Shown here: positions 1-12,200 of the stretch, in pieces
How positions within the stretch are numbered: the first letter of the stretch is position 1
How the letters are laid out: each line of letters opens with the position of its first letter
Assembly (NCBI GenBank): GCA_964057225.1
Contig: OZ059900.1
Coordinates: 23,808,001 to 23,872,000 of the forward strand
Direction: 5' to 3'
DNA: 64,000 nucleotides
Origin: Auanema rhodensis
Taxonomy: Eukaryota; Animalia; Nematoda
The notes under the pieces: model-generated
What the model was told of the DNA's origin: nothing
The model's database searches: none
The model's input: only the letters and a program-made list of their open reading frames with translations
Program-made: the position numbers and the translations under genes

Positions 1-3000
1 TCAGCATGTAAAATGCTTCATTTTAGTATGTAACACGCTGAAATTCGTTGCATTTGACGACTCATATGAACAAAAATCGATTTAATCAATATTAGCCATA
101 AGGGGCGTGCCCTCAGAATATGCTAATTTCCTTAATTTTCTAACCCCTGTTTTTTGTCGTGAAAGTGGAACTAGACGTTGTAGGAACAATTTTGAGCTAG
201 GTTTCATTGACATTGCATGAGTTTGAACACATGAAATCGTAAGTCAAAACCTTGTTTATAGCGAAATTTCCAAAAACTGGTTTTCCAGCATAATAAAATA
301 TTTCTCTTGGGAAATACTGTGTTTTTGTATTTTTCTAGTGTTCAGCATGTAAAATACTTCATTTAAGTATGTAACACGCTGAAATTCGTTGCATTTGACG
401 ACTCATATGAACAAAAATCGATTTAATCAATATTAGCCATAAGGGGCGTGCCCTCAGAATATGCTAATTTCCTAAATTTTCTAACCCCTGTTTTTTTGTC
501 GTGAAAGTGGAACTAGACGTTGTACGAACAATTTTGAGCTAGGTTTCATTGACATTGCATGAGTTTGAACACATGAAATCGTAAGTCAAAACCTTGTTTA
601 CAGCGAAATTTCCAAAAACTGGTTTTCCAGCATAATAAAATATTTCTCATGGGAAATACTGTGTTTTTGTATTTTTCTAGTGTTCAGCATGTAAAATACT
701 TCATTTAAGTATGTAACACGCTGAAATTCGTTGCATTTGACGACTCATATGAACAAAAATCGATTTAATCAATATTAGCCATAAGGGGCGTGCCCTCAGA
801 ATATGCTAATTTCCTAAATTTTCTAACCCCTGTTTTTTTGTCGTGAAAGTGGAACTAGACGTTGTACAAACAATTTTGAGCTAGGTTTCATTGACATTGC
901 ATGAGTTTGAACACATGAAATCGTAAGTCAAAACCTTGTTTACAGCGAAATTTCCAAAAACTGGTTTTCCAGCATAATAAAATATTTCTCATGGGAAATA
1001 CTGTGTTTTTGTATTTTTCTAGTGTTCAGCATGTAAAATACTTCATTTAAGTATGTAACACGCTGAAATTCGTTGCATTTGACGACTCATATGAACAAAA
1101 ATCGATTTAATCAATATTAGCCATAAGGGGCGTGCCCTCAGAATATGCTAATTTCCTAAATTTTCTAACCCCTGTTTTTTTGTCGTGAAAGTGGAACTAG
1201 ACGTTGTACAAACAATTTTGAGCTAGGTTTCATTGACATTGCATGAGTTTGAACACATGAAATCGTAAGTCAAAACCTTGTTTACAGCGAAATTTCCAAA
1301 AACTGGTTTTCCAGCATAATAAAATATTTCTCATGAGAAATACTGTGTTTTTGTATTTTTCTAGTGTTCAGCATGTAAAATACTTCATTTAAGTATGTAA
1401 CACGCTGAAATTCGTTGCATTTGACGACTCATATGAACAAAAATCGATTTAATCAATATTAGCCATAAGGGGCGTGCCCTCAGAATATGCTAATTTCCTA
1501 AATTTTCTAACCCCTGTTTTTTTGTCGTGAAAGTGGAACTAGACGTTGTACGAACAATTTTGAGCTAGGTTTCATTGACATTGCATGAGTTTGAACACAT
1601 GAAATCGTAAGTCAAAACCTTGTTTACAGCGAAATTTCCAAAAACTGGTTTTCCAGCATAATAAAATATTTCTCATGGGAAATACTGTGTTTTTGTATTT
1701 TTCTAGTGTTCAGCATGTAAAATACTTCATTTAAGTATGTAAGACGCTGAAATTCGTTGCATTTGACGACTCATATGAACAAAAATCGATTTAATCAATA
1801 TTAGCCATAAGGGGCGTGCCCTCAGAATATGCTAATTTCCTAAATTTTCTAACCCCTGTTTTTTTGTCGTGAAAGTGGAACTAGACGTTGTACAAACAAT
1901 TTTGAGCTAGGTTTCATTGACATTGCATGAGTTTGAACACATGAAATCGTAAGTCAAAACCTTGTTTACAGCGAAATTTCCAAAAACTGGTTTTCCAGCA
2001 TAATAAAATATTTCTCATGGGAAATACTGTGTTTTTGTATTTTTCTAGTGTTCAGCATGTAAAATACTTCATTTAAGTATGTAACACGCTGAAATTCGTT
2101 GCATTTGACGACTCATATGAACAAAAATCGATTTAATCAATATTAGCCATAAGGGGCGTGCCCTCAGAATATGCTAATTTCCTAAATTTTCTAACCCCTG
2201 TTTTTTTGTCGTGAAAGTGGAACTAGACGTTGTACAAACAATTTTGAGCTAGGTTTCATTGACATTGCATGAGTTTGAACACATGAAATCGTAAGTCAAA
2301 ACCTTGTTTACAGCGAAATTTCCAAAAACTGGTTTTCCAGCATAATAAAATATTTCTCATGAGAAATACTGTGTTTTTGTATTTTTCTTGTGTTCAGCAT
2401 GTAAAATGCTTCATTTTAGTATGTAACACGCTGAAATTCGTTGCATTTGACGACTCATATGAACAAAAATCGATTAAATCAATATTAGCCATAAGGGGCG
2501 TGCCCTCAGAATATGCTAATTTCCTAAATTTTCTAACCCCTGTTTTTTTGTCGTGAAAGTGGAACTAGACGTTGTACAAACAATTTTGAGCTAGGTTTCA
2601 TTGACATTGCATGAGTTTGAACACATGAAATCGTAAGTCAAAACCTTGTTTACAGCGAAATTTCCAAAAACTGGTTTTCCAGCATAATAAAATATTTCTC
2701 ATGAGAAATACTGTGTTTTTGTATTTTTCTAGTGTTCAGCATGTAAAATGCTTCATTTTAGTATGTAACACGCTGAAATTCGTTGCATTTGACGACTCAT
2801 ATGAACAAAAATCGATTTAATCAATATTAGCCATAAGGGGCGTGCCCTCAGAATATGCTAATTTCCTTAACTTTCTAACCCCTGTTTTTTTGTCGTGAAA
2901 GTGGAACTAGACGTTTTACAAACAATTTTGAGCTAGGTTTCATTGACATTGCATGAGTTTGAACACATGAAATCGTAAGTCAAAACCTTGTTTACAGCGA

Positions 3001-4565
3001 AATTTCCAAAAACTGGTTTTCCAGCATAATAAAATATTTCTCATGGGAAAAACTGTGTTTTCGTATTTTTCTAGTGTTCAGCATGTAAAATGCTTCATTT
3101 TAGTATGTAACACGCTGAAATTCGTTGCATTTGACGACTCATATGAACAAAAATCGATTTAATCAATATTAGCCATAAGGGGCGTGCCCTCAGAATATGC
3201 TAATTTCCTTAATTTTCTAACCCCTGTTTTTTTGTCGTGAAAGTGGAACTAGACGTTGTACAAACAATTTTGAGCTAGGTTTCATTGACATTGCATGAGT
3301 TTGAACACATGAAATCGTAAGTCAAAACCTTGTTTACAGCGAAATTTCCAAAAACTGGTTTTCCAGCATAATAAAATATTTCTCATGGGAAAAACTGTGT
3401 TTTCGTATTTTTCTTGTGTTCAGCATGTAAAATGTTTCATTTTAGTATGTAACACGCTGAAATTCGTTGCATTTGACGACTCATATGAACAAAAATCGAT
3501 TAAATCAATATTAGCCATAAGGGGCGTGCCCTCAGAATATGCTAATTTCCTAAATTTTCTAACCCCTGTTTTTTTGTCGTGAAAGTGGAACTAGACGTTG
3601 TACAAACAATTTTGAGCTAGGTTTCATTGACATTGCATGAGTTTGAACACATGAAATCGTAAGTCAAAACCTTGTTTACAGCGAAATTTCCAAAAACTGG
3701 TTTTCCAGCATAATAAAATATTTCTCATGAGAAATACTGTGTTTTTGTATTTTTCTAGTGTTCAGCATGTAAAATGCTTCATTTTAGTATGTAACACGCT
3801 GAAATTCGTTGCATTTGACGACTCATATGAACAAAAATCGATTTAATCAATATTAGCCATAAGGGGCGTGCCCTCAGAATATGCTAATTTCCTTAACTTT
3901 CTAACCCCTGTTTTTTTGTCGTGAAAGTGGAACTAGACGTTTTACAAACAATTTTGAGCTAGGTTTCATTGACATTGCATGAGTTTGAACACATGAAATC
4001 GTAAGTCAAAACCTTGTTTACAGCGAAATTTCCAAAAACTGGTTTTCCAGCATAATAAAATATTTCTCATGGGAAAAACTGTGTTTTCGTATTTTTCTAG
4101 TGTTCAGCATGTAAAATGCTTCATTTTAGTATGTAACACGCTGAAATTCGTTGCATTTGACGACTCATATGAACAAAAATCGATTTAATCAATATTAGCC
4201 ATAAGGGGCGTGCCCTCAGAATATGCTAATTTCCTTAATTTTCTAACCCCTGTTTTTTGTCGTGAAAGTGGAACTAGACGTTGTAGGAACAATTTTGAGC
4301 TAGGTTTCATTGACATTGCATGAGTTTGAACACATGAAATCGTAAGTCAAAACCTTGTTTACAGCGAAATTTCCAAAAACTGGTTTTCCAGCATAATAAA
4401 ATATTTCTCATGGGAAAAACTGTGTTTTCGTATTTTTCTTGTGTTCAGCATGTAAAATGTTTCATTTTAGTATGTAACACGCTGAAATTCGTTGCATTTG
4501 ACGACTCATATGAACAAAAATCGATTTAATCAATATTAGCCATAAGGGGCGTGCCCTCAGAATAT
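1..4565 (+). repeat. Satellite block 1, ~13.3 monomers in forward orientation (strand label arbitrary)
   Basis: Monomers read ...GCCATAAGGGGCGTGCCCTCAGAATATGCTAAT...; the last is cut at CCCTCAGAATAT (4565). Block-specific variants include AAATACTTCATTTAAG, CCTAAATTTT and GGGAAAAACTG. Confidence 0.97.
2359..4410 (+). repeat. 3-monomer higher-order repeat (1026 bp), two copies
   Basis: CGATTAAATC, TTCTTGTG, CTTAACTTT (2871/3897), GTTTTACA and GGGAAAAA variants recur 1026 bp apart; the two listed ORFs (2359, 3385) are also 1026 bp apart. Boundaries approximate. Confidence 0.85.
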
Positions 4566-4572
4566 TTTTATT
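4525..4572. other. Strand-switch (inversion) junction: 48-nt spacer between inverted satellite arms
   Basis: Left arm ends ...GAACAAAAATCGA (4524); right arm starts TCGATTTTTGTTC (4573). The spacer is 41 nt of continuing forward monomer plus ~7 nt of non-matching filler (TTTTATT, 4566-4572). Confidence 0.95.
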
Positions 4573-6699
4573 TCGATTTTTGTTCATATGAGTAGTCAAA
4601 TGCAACGAATTTCAGCGTGTTACATACTAAAATGAAGCATTTTACATGCTGAACACTGGAAAAAAACAAAAACACAGTATTTCCCATGAGAAATATTTTA
4701 TTATGCTGGAAAACCAGTTTTTGGAAATTTCGCTGTAAACAAGGTTTTGACTTACGATTTCATGTGTTCAAACTCATGCAATGTCAATGAAACGTAGCTC
4801 AAAATTGTTCGTACAACGTCTAGTTCCACTTTCACGACAAAAAAACAGGGGTTAGAAAATTAAGGAAATTAGCATATTCTGAGGGCACGCCCCTTATGGC
4901 TAATATTGATTAAATCGATTTTTGTTCATATGAGTCGTCAAATGCAACGAATTTCAGCGTGTTACATACTAAAATGAAGCATTTTACATGCTGAACACTA
5001 AAAAAAAACAAAAACACAGTATTTCCCATGAGAAATATTTTATTATGCTGGAAAACCAGTTTTTGGAAATTTCGCTGTAAACAAGGTTTTGACTTACGAT
5101 TTCATGTGTTCAAACTCATGCAATGTCAATGAAACTTAGCTCAAAATTGTTCGTACAACGTCTAGTTCCACTTTCACGACAAAAAAACAAGGGTTAGAAA
5201 ATTAAGGAAATTAGCATATTCTGAGGGCACGCCCCTTATGGCTAATATTGATTAAATCGATTTTTGTTCATATGAGTCGTCAAATGCAACGAATTTCAGC
5301 GTGTTACATACTAATATGAAGCATTTTACATGCTGAACACTAGAAAAATACAAAAACACAGTATTTCCCATGAGAAATATTTTATTATGCTGGAAAACCA
5401 GTTTTTGGAAATTTCGCTGTAAACAAGGTTTTGACTTACGATTTCATGTGTTCAAACTCATGCAATGTCAATGAAACCTAGCTCAAAATTGTTCGTACAA
5501 CGTCTAGTTCCACTTTCACGACAAAAAAACAGGGGTTAGAAAATTAAGGAAATTAGCATATTCTGAGGGCACACCCTTTATGGCTAATATTGATTAAATC
5601 GATTTTTGTTCATATGAGTCGTCAAATGCAACGAATTTCAGCGTGTTACATACTAAAATGAAGCATTTTACATGCTGAACACTAGAAAAAAACAAAAACA
5701 CAGTATTTCCCATGAGAAATATTTTATTATGCTGGAAAACCAGTTTTTGGAAATTTCGCTGTAAACAAGGTTTTGACTTACGATTTCATGTGTTCAAACT
5801 CATGCAATGTCAATGAAACGTAGCTCAAAATTGTTCGTACAACGTCTAGTTCCACTTTCACGACAAAAAAACAGGGGTTAGAAAATTAAGGAAATTAGCA
5901 TATTCTGAGGGCACGCCCCTTATGGCTAATATTGATTAAATCGATTTTTGTTCATATGAGTCGTCAAATGCAACGAATTTCAGCGTGTTACATACTAAAA
6001 TGAAGCATTTTACATGCTGAACACTAAAAAAAAACAAAAACACAGTATTTCCCATGAGAAATATTTTATTATGCTGGAAAACCAGTTTTTGGAAATTTCG
6101 CTGTAAACAAGGTTTTGACTTACGATTTCATGTGTTCAAACTCATGCAATGTCAATGAAACTTAGCTCAAAATTGTTCGTACAACGTCTAGTTCCACTTT
6201 CACGACAAAAAAACAAGGGTTAGAAAATTAAGGAAATTAGCATATTCTGAGGGCACGCCCCTTATGGCTAATATTGATTAAATCGATTTTTGTTCATATG
6301 AGTCGTCAAATGCAACGAATTTCAGCGTGTTACATACTGAAATGAAGCATTTTACATGCTGAACACTAGAAAAATACAAAAACACAGTATTTCCCATGAG
6401 AAATATTTTATTATGCTGGAAAACCAGTTTTTGGAAATTTCGCTGTAAACAAGGTTTTGACTTACGATTTCATGTGTTCAAACTCATGCAATGTCAATGA
6501 AACCTAGCTCAAAATTGTTCGTACAACGTCTAGTTCCACTTTCACGACAAAAAAACAGGGGTTAGAAAATTAAGGAAATTAGCATATTCTGAGGGCACAC
6601 CCCTTATGGCTAATATTGATTAAATCGATTTTTGTTCATATGAGTCGTCAAATGCAACGAATTTCAGCGTGTTACATACTAAAATGAAACATTTTACAT

Positions 6700-9250
6700 G
6701 CTGAACACTAGAAAAAAACAAAAACACAGTATTTCCCATGAGAAATATTTTATTATGCTGGAAAACCAGTTTTTGGAAGTTTCGCTGTAAACAAGGTTTT
6801 GACTTACGATTTCATATGTTCAAACTCATGCAATGTCAATGAAACTTAGCTCAAAATTGTTCGTACAACGTCTAGTTCCACTTTCACGACAAAAAAACAG
6901 GGGTTAGAAAATTAAGGAAATTAGCATATTCTGAGGGCACGCCCCTTATGGCTAATATTGATTAAATCGATTTTTGTTCATATGAGTCGTCAAATGCAAC
7001 GAATTTCAGCGTGTTACATACTAATATGAAGCATTTTACATGCTGAACACTAGAAAAATACAAAAACACAGTATTTCCCATGAGAAATATTTTATTATGC
7101 TGGAAAACCAGTTTTTGGAAATTTCGCTGTAAACAAGGTTTTGACTTACGATTTCATGTGTTCAAACTCATGCAATGTCAATGAAACCTAGCTCAAAATT
7201 GTTCGTACAACGTCTAGTTCCACTTTCACGACAAAAAAACAGGGGTTAGAAAATTAAGGAAATTAGCATATTCTGAGGGCACACCCCTTATGGCTAATAT
7301 TGATTAAATCGATTTTTGTTCATATGAGTCGTCAAATGCAACGAATTTCAGCGTGTTACATACTAAAATGAAGCATTTTACATGCTGAACACTAGAAAAA
7401 AACAAAAACACAGTATTTCCCATGAGAAATATTTTATTATGCTGGAAAACCAGTTTTTGGAAATTTCGCTGTAAACAAGGTTTTGACTTACGATTTCATG
7501 TGTTCAAACTCATGCAATGTCAATGAAACTTAGCTCAAAATTGTTCGTACAACGTCTAGTTCCACTTTCACGACAAAAAAACAGGGGTTAGAAAATTAAG
7601 GAAATTAGCATATTCTGAGGGCACGCCCCTTATGGCTAATATTGATTAAATCGATTTTTGTTCATATGAGTCGTCAAATGCAACGAATTTCAGCGTGTTA
7701 CATACTAATATGAAGCATTTTACATGCTGAACACTAGAAAAATACAAAAACACAGTATTTCCCATGAGAAATATTTTATTATGCTGGAAAACCAGTTTTT
7801 GGAAATTTCGCTGTAAACAAGGTTTTGACTTACGATTTCATGTGTTCAAACTCATGCAATGTCAATGAAACCTAGCTCAAAATTGTTCGTACAACGTCTA
7901 GTTCCACTTTCACGACAAAAAAACAGGGGTTAGAAAATTAAGGAAATTAGCATATTCTGAGGGCACACCCCTTATGGCTAATATTGATTAAATCGATTTT
8001 TGTTCATATGAGTCGTCAAATGCAACGAATTTCAGCGTGTTACATACTAAAATGAAACATTTTACATGCTGAACACTAGAAAAAAACAAAAACACAGTAT
8101 TTCCCATGAGAAATATTTTATTATGCTGGAAAACCAGTTTTTGGAAATTTCGCTGTAAACAAGGTTTTGACTTACGATTTCATGTGTTCAAACTCATGCA
8201 ATGTCAATGAAACTTAGCTCAAAATTGTTCGTACAACGTCTAGTTCCACTTTCACGACAAAAAAACAGGGGTTAGAAAATTAAGGAAATTAGCATATTCT
8301 GAGGGCACGCCCCTTATGGCTAATATTGATTAAATCGATTTTTGTTCATATGAGTCGTCAAATGCAACGAATTTCAGCGTGTTACATACTAATATGAAGC
8401 ATTTTACATGCTGAACACTAGAAAAATACAAAAACACAGTATTTCCCATGAGAAATATTTTATTATGCTGGAAAACCAGTTTTTGGAAATTTCGCTGTAA
8501 ACAAGGTTTTGACTTACGATTTCATGTGTTCAAACTCATGCAATGTCAATGAAACCTAGCTCAAAATTGTTCGTACAACGTCTAGTTCCACTTTCACGAC
8601 AAAAAAACAGGGGTTAGAAAATTAAGGAAATTAGCATATTCTGAGGGCACACCCCTTATGGCTAATATTGATTAAATCGATTTTTGTTCATATGAGTCGT
8701 CAAATGCAACGAATTTCAGCGTGTTACATACTAAAATGAAGCATTTTACATGCTGAACACTAGAAAAAAACAAAAACACAGTATTTCCCATGAGAAATAT
8801 TTTATTATGCTGGAAAACCAGTTTTTGGAAATTTCGCTGTAAACAAGGTTTTGACTTACGATTTCATGTGTTCAAACTCATGCAATGTCAATGAAACTTA
8901 GCTCAAAATTGTTCGTACAACGTCTAGTTCCACTTTCACGACAAAAAAACAGGGGTTAGAAAATTAAGGAAATTAGCATATTCTGAGGGCACGCCCCTTA
9001 TGGCTAATATTGATTAAATCGATTTTTGTTCATATGAGTCGTCAAATGCAACGAATTTCAGCGTGTTACATACTAATATGAAGCATTTTACATGCTGAAC
9101 ACTAGAAAAATACAAAAACACAGTATTTCCCATGAGAAATATTTTATTATGCTGGAAAACCAGTTTTTGGAAATTTCGCTGTAAACAAGGTTTTGACTTA
9201 CGATTTCATGTGTTCAAACTCATGCAATGTCAATGAAACCTAGCTCAAAA
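6700..9250 (-). repeat. 2-monomer higher-order repeat (684 bp), ~4 copies
   Basis: CTAATATG variant at 7025, 7709, 8393, 9077, alternating with monomers carrying GAAAAAAAC and AAACTTAG. Boundaries approximate. Confidence 0.85.
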
Positions 9251-12200
9251 TTGTTCGTACAACGTCTAGTTCCACTTTCACGACAAAAAAACAAGGGTTA
9301 GAAAATTAAGGAAATTAGCATATTCTGAGGGCACGCCCCTTATGGCTAATATTGATTAAATCGATTTTTGTTCATATGAGTCGTCAAATGCAACGAATTT
9401 CAGCGTGTTACATACTAAAATGAAGCATTTTACATGCTGAACACTAGAAAAATACAAAAACACAGTATTTCCCATGAGAAATATTTTATTATGCTGGAAA
9501 ACCAGTTTTTGGAAATTTCGCTGTAAACAAGGTTTTGACTTACGATTTCATGTGTTCAAACTCATGCAATGTCAATGAAACCTAGCTCAAAATTGTTCGT
9601 ACAACGTCTAGTTCCACTTTCACGACAAAAAAACAGGGGTTAGAAAATTAAGGAAATTAGCATATTCTGAGGGCACGCCCCTTATGGCTAATATTGATTA
9701 AATCGATTTTTGTTCATATGAGTCGTCAAATGCAACGAATTTCAGCGTGTTACATACTAATATGAAGCATTTTACATGCTGAACACTAGAAAAATACAAA
9801 AACACAGTATTTCCCATGAGAAATATTTTATTATGCTGGAAAACCAGTTTTTGGAAATTTCGCTGTAAACAAGGTTTTGACTTACGATTTCATGTGTTCA
9901 AACTCATGCAATGTCAATGAAACCTAGCTCAAAATTGTTCGTACAACGTCTAGTTCCACTTTCACGACAAAAAAACAGGGGTTAGAAAATTAAGGAAATT
10001 AGCATATTCTGAGGGCACGCCCCTTATGGCTAATATTGATTAAATCGATTTTTGTTCATATGATTCGTCAAATGCAACGAATTTCAGCGTGTTACATACT
10101 AAAATGAAGCATTTTACATGCTGAACACTGGAAAAAAACAAAAACACAGTATTTCCCATGAGAAATATTTTATTATGCTGGAAAACCAGTTTTTGGAAAT
10201 TTCGCTGTAAACAAGGTTTTGACTTACGATTTCATGTGTTCAAACTCATGCAATGTCAATGAAACGTAGCTCAAAATTGTTCGTACAACGTCTAGTTCCA
10301 CTTTCACGACAAAAAAACAGGGGTTAGAAAATTAAGGAAATTAGCATATTCTGAGGGCACGCCCCTTATGGCTAATATTGATTAAATCGATTTTTGTTCA
10401 TATGAGTCGTCAAATGCAACGAATTTCAGCGTGTTACATACTAAAATGAAGCATTTTACATGCTGAACACTAAAAAAAAACAAAAACACAGTATTTCCCA
10501 TGAGAAATATTTTATTATGCTGGAAAACCAGTTTTTGGAAATTTCGCTGTAAACAAGGTTTTGACTTACGATTTCATGTGTTCAAACTCATGCAATGTCA
10601 ATGAAACTTAGCTCAAAATTGTTCGTACAACGTCTAGTTCCACTTTCACGACAAAAAAACAAGGGTTAGAAAATTAAGGAAATTAGCATATTCTGAGGGC
10701 ACGCCCCTTATGGCTAATATTGATTAAATCGATTTTTGTTCATATGAGTCGTCAAATGCAACGAATTTCAGCGTGTTACATACTGAAATGAAGCATTTTA
10801 CATGCTGAACACTAGAAAAATACAAAAACACAGTATTTCCCATGAGAAATATTTTATTATGCTGGAAAACCAGTTTTTGGAAATTTCGCTGTAAACAAGG
10901 TTTTGACTTACGATTTCATGTGTTCAAACTCATGCAATGTCAATGAAACCTAGCTCAAAATTGTTCGTACAACGTCTAGTTCCACTTTCACGACAAAAAA
11001 ACAGGGGTTAGAAAATTAAGGAAATTAGCATATTCTGAGGGCACACCCCTTATGGCTAATATTGATTAAATCGATTTTTGTTCATATGAGTCGTCAAATG
11101 CAACGAATTTCAGCGTGTTACATACTAAAATGAAGCATTTTACATGCTGAACACTAGAAAAAAACAAAAACACAGTATTTCCCATGAGAAATATTTTATT
11201 ATGCTGGAAAACCAGTTTTTGGAAATTTCGCTGTAAACAAGGTTTTGACTTACGATTTCATGTGTTCAAACTCATGCAATGTCAATGAAACTTAGCTCAA
11301 AATTGTTCGTACAACGTCTAGTTCCACTTTCACGACAAAAAAACAAGGGTTAGAAAATTAAGGAAATTAGCATATTCTGAGGGCACGCCCCTTATGGCTA
11401 ATATTGATTAAATCGATTTTTGTTCATATGAGTCGTCAAATGCAACGAATTTCAGCGTGTTACATACTGAAATGAAGCATTTTACATGCTGAACACTAGA
11501 AAAATACAAAAACACAGTATTTCCCATGAGAAATATTTTATTATGCTGGAAAACCAGTTTTTGGAAATTTCGCTGTAAACAAGGTTTTGACTTACGATTT
11601 CATGTGTTCAAACTCATGCAATGTCAATGAAACCTAGCTCAAAATTGTTCGTACAACGTCTAGTTCCACTTTCACGACAAAAAAACAGGGGTTAGAAAAT
11701 TAAGGAAATTAGCATATTCTGAGGGCACACCCCTTATGGCTAATATTGATTAAATCGATTTTTGTTCATATGAGTCGTCAAATGCAACGAATTTCAGCGT
11801 GTTACATACTAAAATGAAGCATTTTACATGCTGAACACTAGAAAAAAACAAAAACACAGTATTTCCCATGAGAAATATTTTATTATGCTGGAAAACCAGT
11901 TTTTGGAAATTTCGCTGTAAACAAGGTTTTGACTTACGATTTCATGTGTTCAAACTCATGCAATGTCAATGAAACTTAGCTCAAAATTGTTCGTACAACG
12001 TCTAGTTCCACTTTCACGACAAAAAAACAGGGGTTAGAAAATTAAGGAAATTAGCATATTCTGAGGGCACGCCCCTTATGGCTAATATTGATTAAATCGA
12101 TTTTTGTTCATATGAGTCGTCAAATGCAACGAATTTCAGCGTGTTACATACTAATATGAAGCATTTTACATGCTGAACACTAGAAAAATACAAAAACACA

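Noticed and set aside
139-147. Telomere-like motif CTAACCCC/GGGGTTAG
   Set aside because: Single copy per monomer, not tandem; expected by chance.
1-341. Tandem 5S rRNA, tRNA or snRNA gene unit
   Set aside because: No recognisable RNA gene sequence or Pol III box pattern by eye; an Rfam/tRNAscan search was not run.
2359-2556. 65-aa ORF
   Set aside because: Lies wholly in a satellite monomer; open only because ATTTAATC>ATTAAATC removes the TAA present in other copies. No recognisable protein features.
3385-3582. Second 65-aa ORF
   Set aside because: Higher-order repeat copy (1026 bp away) of the same incidental ORF.
4525-4572. Transposon terminal inverted repeats or insertion site at the junction
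   Set aside because: The arms are plain satellite; no internal element sequence or target-site duplication.
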